Shown piece after piece: positions 60,232-64,000 of a DNA stretch of 64,000 nt (its first letter is position 1; each line of letters opens with the position of its first letter). The notes under the pieces were generated by a model, which had not been told where the DNA came from, searched no databases, and worked only from the letters and a program-made list of their open reading frames with translations. A program made the translations under genes and the position numbers. The DNA comes from Leptospiraceae bacterium. Lineage in GTDB: Bacteria > Spirochaetota > Leptospiria > Leptospirales > Leptospiraceae. The stretch spans positions 1,669,442 to 1,733,441 of the forward strand of contig JACKPC010000001.1 of NCBI GenBank assembly GCA_024233835.1, read 5' to 3'.

Positions 60232-60990
60232 ATGAAACCGCCGGAAGAAAAAGAGACCTATCACCTAATTTTCCCCGAACAATACCCGCTGCCTCCTCGC
60301 ATTCAGGAACTTTCGAGGCTCAATACCGAACTAAGTTTATCGTATCAAGAAAATACATTGATTATCCGGGAAGCTCCCCCCTACGCCTTTCGAGACTATG
60401 AAAATTTTCTTTTACGCCTTCCGGGTTTTACTGAAGAACTATTCTTTCAACTCGAAGAACTGAACGATGAAACACATTTTGAATTTGATGATAAAGAGGA
60501 GGTCATTGTTAAAATGTCTACTTTTGCATTAATAAGTTTATTAACAGGTGCTGTTTTAACTTCCCTTTTTATCTGGGCAAAGTCCAGAAAGAGCGGCAGG
60601 GTATACACAGAAGACGGAGGCTATATGCTCGAAAGCCCGGACGGAAAACATCTTCATAGAATGGCGGATATTTCTTATATAGCCTACAGTAAAGCTTCAC
60701 AGGAAGAACAGGCTAGCTGGTATTCCCGCATTCCCATAGCTCCGAGTCTTGCGGTTGAAATTGTCTCTGCTAAAAGAGGTTTAAAACCGGCACTGAAAAA
60801 AATGAAAGATATCTGGATGGCAAACGGCACTGAACTCGGGTTTGTTATCTGTCCCTTTAGTAAGAAAATCTATATATTTGAAATATCTAAAGAATCCTAT
60901 ACCGAACAGAGTATATTCGAGGATTTCACCCATCCCGACCTCCCCGGCTACAAAGAAAACTTCAGTGAATATGCAAAAAAGATAAAGTAG
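60232..60990 (+). CDS. Membrane-anchored Uma2-family protein, paralog 4 (near-identical to 55527..56285)
   Basis: Only about five amino-acid differences from paralog 3. The start is taken at MKPPEEKE. Confidence 0.6.
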   Translation: MKPPEEKETYHLIFPEQYPLPPRIQELSRLNTELSLSYQENTLIIREAPPYAFRDYENFLLRLPGFTEELFFQLEELNDETHFEFDDKEEVIVKMSTFALISLLTGAVLTSLFIWAKSRKSGRVYTEDGGYMLESPDGKHLHRMADISYIAYSKASQEEQASWYSRIPIAPSLAVEIVSAKRGLKPALKKMKDIWMANGTELGFVICPFSKKIYIFEISKESYTEQSIFEDFTHPDLPGYKENFSEYAKKIK

Positions 60991-61276
60991 TTCTAAAAAT
61001 AACCAAAATCACCTGTACACCAACGTCGCCAGAGCATTCCCCGCCAGATCCTTTATCCCTGTTTTAAGATAAGCTTATCCGCTGTAAGCGTTTCCGGGAA
61101 TAGTTGGTTTCGTAATTATAAGGACTGGTAAAATTTACATCTGGTGGGGTTTTGTCCCTTTGCAACCACAGGTAATGCAAAAAAAGACCGGGCATGGGCT
61201 CGAAGAGGTTATTGTAATTTACGCTTCCAATGCAGGAAGAAAGAAAAATGAGAAGTAGAAATACCAGTCGTTTCAT
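60991..61276 (-). pseudogene. Deletion remnant of a third DUF1566 lipoprotein gene (N-terminal ~55 codons plus short interior pieces)
   Basis: The 61064..61276 ORF has a signal peptide, lipobox and FEPMPGLFLHYLWLQRDKTPPDVNFTSPYNYETNYSR. 61020-61060 matches an interior segment (cattccccgccagatcctttatccc). The conserved promoter block lies upstream. Confidence 0.45.
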
Positions 61277-61373
61277 GATGAGAATCCGATATTTATGATA
61301 TGCTTTTTTATGTAATAAAGCAAGAATAAAATATAGTTTACAGCAATAGAGGATTGCTTACACTGATTCTTAC

Positions 61374-62897
61374 ATGGCACGACCTCGTTATTTCAATACC
61401 TCCGGTCCGAATATTCCGGAGGAGCATTATACCCTGTTCCGTCCTGCTTTAATGGCAAAAGGTCGTGATATGGTTGAGAGAAGCCGTTATTTCACCATCT
61501 GGGCACCAAGACAAACCGGAAAAAGCACCTATTTTCGTCTTCTGGCAAAGGAGCTGGAAAAAGATGATTATAAAGTCTGTCATATTAATTTTGAGAACTA
61601 TATGAATGCCAGTCTGGAGTCTTTTTTAAAAACATTTGTTCAGGAAATAAACCAAAATTGGGGAACAAATATATCTTTAACGGAGATTTCAGATATAATC
61701 CAACAGTTAAAGGGGATTGCAGATAAAAAACTTGTTCTGATTATTGATGAAGTCGAAGGAATTAATTCTGAATTTTTTAATGAATTTTTACATTCCATTC
61801 GTAATGCTTATCATTCTCGTAATAACCATTCCTTAAAATCCGTAATCCTTGTCGGAGTTTCGAATATCACAGGAATCATACAGGACAATGCCAGTCCTTT
61901 TAACATTGCTGATGATTTGAGTTTATCATATTTTTCTAATGAAGAAACCGTTGAACTTTTAGAGCAACATGAAACAGAAACCGGTCAAATTTTCTCCGAT
62001 GAAGTAAAACAAAAAATAATCGGTATGACAGCCAACCAGCCGGGTCTTGTGAATGGCTTTGCCTATAAACTGGTTGAGCTTTGTCCGGGCAAAAAAGAAA
62101 TCACTTTAGACGACTATTTTACAATTGAAGAATGGTATCTTACAGAAGCGATTGATAAGAATGTGAGTAATATAATCAATAAATCTAAAAAATATAGAAA
62201 GTTTGTTGAAGAGCTTTTGTTTACCGAAACTAAAATCCCCTTCAAAATCGATAGACCTGCAATATTAGAATTATATATAAACGGAATTATTAAAAAAGAC
62301 GATACCGGCAATATTGAGTTCTGGGTTCCTCTTTATAAAAACAGGTTGTTAAATGCTTTTTTTCCCTATTCGAATGGGGAAAGTGAACGTATTGCCCGGA
62401 ACATGCTCTCAACAGCTTATCTTAACGAAGATGGAAAAATTAACTTTAAGAAATTAATCGATAGCTATAAAGAACACATCTCTCTTCGTAGCTTTCGGCC
62501 TTTCCGGGAAAAAGATGAAGAGGGAAAATTTGTTTCCATTCCGGAAGCTGCGATGATCTATAGCTTTGAAACCTTTATCAGTATCTTCATCCGTGAACTC
62601 GATGGTAAAATTTATCGTGAAGGATTTGTATCTCTCGGCAACACCGATATGATTATCAATGTTGAAGGCCATGAGTATCTGTTGGAATTAAAAAAATACT
62701 ACAGCCCCTCCTATTTTAAAAAAGGTAAAAAACAACTCGCCTACTACTGCAAACGAGCAGGATTAACGGAAGGTCATTATATCATTTATGTAGACAACCG
62801 GACAAAACCGGAGTTCGTTTCGGAAGAACCGGAAGTTATTGAGAGTATTACTATATACTCTTATCTTATCTGGTATGATGAAGAGAAAGACTTTTGA
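61374..62897 (+). CDS. AAA-type ATPase fused to a C-terminal PD-(D/E)XK nuclease-like domain
   Basis: 507 aa. N-terminal RYFNTSGP...YFTIWAPRQTGKSTYF (Walker A) and LIIDEVE (Walker B). C-terminal GNTDMIINVEGHEYLLELKKY (D...E.K core). Confidence 0.6.
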   Translation: MARPRYFNTSGPNIPEEHYTLFRPALMAKGRDMVERSRYFTIWAPRQTGKSTYFRLLAKELEKDDYKVCHINFENYMNASLESFLKTFVQEINQNWGTNISLTEISDIIQQLKGIADKKLVLIIDEVEGINSEFFNEFLHSIRNAYHSRNNHSLKSVILVGVSNITGIIQDNASPFNIADDLSLSYFSNEETVELLEQHETETGQIFSDEVKQKIIGMTANQPGLVNGFAYKLVELCPGKKEITLDDYFTIEEWYLTEAIDKNVSNIINKSKKYRKFVEELLFTETKIPFKIDRPAILELYINGIIKKDDTGNIEFWVPLYKNRLLNAFFPYSNGESERIARNMLSTAYLNEDGKINFKKLIDSYKEHISLRSFRPFREKDEEGKFVSIPEAAMIYSFETFISIFIRELDGKIYREGFVSLGNTDMIINVEGHEYLLELKKYYSPSYFKKGKKQLAYYCKRAGLTEGHYIIYVDNRTKPEFVSEEPEVIESITIYSYLIWYDEEKDF

Positions 62898-62965
62898 GGG
62901 AGTATCCAATAAAGAGTTTTATAATGATTTTTCTTGAACCATAACACTGTGTAGACAGGGTATAT

Positions 62966-63670
62966 TCACTCAAACAATTTTTCTACATTTTGCCAGGGCA
63001 TGATATTTACTTCATTTTGTATTTTTTCTTCATCCCCTCCATAGATAAGAAATTTGTTTGTTATCTGTAATTCTGTTTTAGAATAATACTTTAAGTTTTT
63101 AAAGAAATCAGAAGTTATCGTTGAAGCTGATTTTACTTCACATAAATCTACGAAAATCCCTTTATCGATAAGGAAGTCTATTTCATGACCTTTTTTATCT
63201 CGTAGGAAATATACATCTTCTTTATTACCCCTGTTGTATTGGGTTTTTAAGATTTCAGAAAAAACAAGAGTTTCAAAAATAGCTCCTTTTAAAGGATGAG
63301 AAAAAATTTGTTCAAAACTTTTAATACCCAGAAGATAACAGACAAGGCCGGTATCTAAAAAAAATAATTTTGGTGCTTTTATTAACCTCTTATTTATATT
63401 TTTAAAATAAGGGCGAATTAGCTTGATAAGAAAGCTGGCTTCCAGAACATGAATCCATGATTTAATTGTGTTATGATTTACACCACAGGATGTGCCTATC
63501 TCATTCATATTGAGTAATTGGCCTGTCCTTCCGGCAAGAGATTGGCTTACATTCTGCATCAGTTCAAATTGGCAAACATCCGGGTTTTCCAGACTTACAT
63601 ATTTTTTGTGAGGAAAAAGGATTTTGCATAATGTCGTTTTACCGGACTGCCTGGGGCCGGTTATGGTCAA
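62966..63670 (-). CDS. DUF4143-family ATPase, short form (234 aa, TTG start; upstream in-frame homology is interrupted by stops)
   Basis: Walker A GPRQSGKTTL at residue 5 and a DUF4143-like C-terminus (VYFLRDKKGHEIDFLIDKG). The upstream in-frame sequence still reads ...PKNCKQYPI before reaching stop codons. Confidence 0.55.
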   Translation of the reverse strand: MTITGPRQSGKTTLCKILFPHKKYVSLENPDVCQFELMQNVSQSLAGRTGQLLNMNEIGTSCGVNHNTIKSWIHVLEASFLIKLIRPYFKNINKRLIKAPKLFFLDTGLVCYLLGIKSFEQIFSHPLKGAIFETLVFSEILKTQYNRGNKEDVYFLRDKKGHEIDFLIDKGIFVDLCEVKSASTITSDFFKNLKYYSKTELQITNKFLIYGGDEEKIQNEVNIMPWQNVEKLFE

Positions 63671-64000
63671 AATTGGATACTGCTTGCAATTTTTCGGGGA
63701 TACATCAGGAAAGCAATAAATAATCGGTACTATTTGTCAATTGAATTATCAAATAGTACCGAATTTCCGTAACTAAAGCTTTGACATCCGTAGAAACTTT
63801 CACAGCGTAAGTCGTATTAAAAGGCAGATCCTAAGAAGGGTGAAAATCAATTGTATCATTCGTGTCGGAAACTGTTCCGGCAATCGCTATTATTCAAAGA
63901 ATATCGGCAACACGAACTCTCCCTTTTCTCTTAATGCAATAAATTGATTCATACACAAACAAACATTCCTCGAAAAAAAATCGATCCGCCTAATGGGGGA

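Noticed and set aside
1-64000. Search for CRISPR repeat arrays, tRNA and rRNA genes
   Set aside because: No regularly spaced direct repeats, no tRNA-like T-arm signatures (GGTTCGAATCC-type) and no rRNA-like segments were found by eye. The Cas6-like gene is therefore reported as an orphan.

Overview
The window is AT-rich spirochaete-like chromosome, and the gene content (rsfS-obg-proB-proA-nadD-yqeK, lspA, recO, argS, cinA, many lipoproteins, DUF1566 proteins) looks like Leptospira. A conserved core block (~12.8-49 kb, mostly + strand) sits between two accessory islands. Island 1 (1-12.8 kb) holds a decaying tandem array of secreted tail-fibre-like paralogs with shared 5' modules and orphan fragments. 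A hipBA toxin-antitoxin pair appears to have landed inside one of those copies. The island also carries an intact and a split DUF4143 AAA ATPase, a RibD_C/DHFR-family gene, a ~1.4 kb IS with a split DDE transposase disrupting a gene, an IS3 remnant, and a tandem pair of membrane-anchored Uma2-like (PD-(D/E)XK) paralogs. Island 2 (53-64 kb) repeats a divergent two-gene module three times: an Ig-like/DUF1566 lipoprotein on the minus strand and a membrane-anchored Uma2-like protein on the plus strand. One lipoprotein copy is intact, one has an in-frame TAG, and two are deletion remnants. These modules are interspersed with DUF4143 ATPases and an AAA + PD-(D/E)XK ATPase. Other points of note are an orphan Cas6-like RAMP protein with no CRISPR array (44.3-45.3 kb), a translationally coupled run of tiny ORFs ahead of a frameshifted unknown gene and an ERI-1-like DEDDh exonuclease (49.9-51.7 kb), a low-GC segment encoding a Maf/DUF115-like glycosyltransferase, a DM9-repeat protein, and tandem lipoprotein triplets. 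No tRNA, rRNA or CRISPR repeats were seen. All calls come from reading motifs in the supplied translations; no database searches were run.
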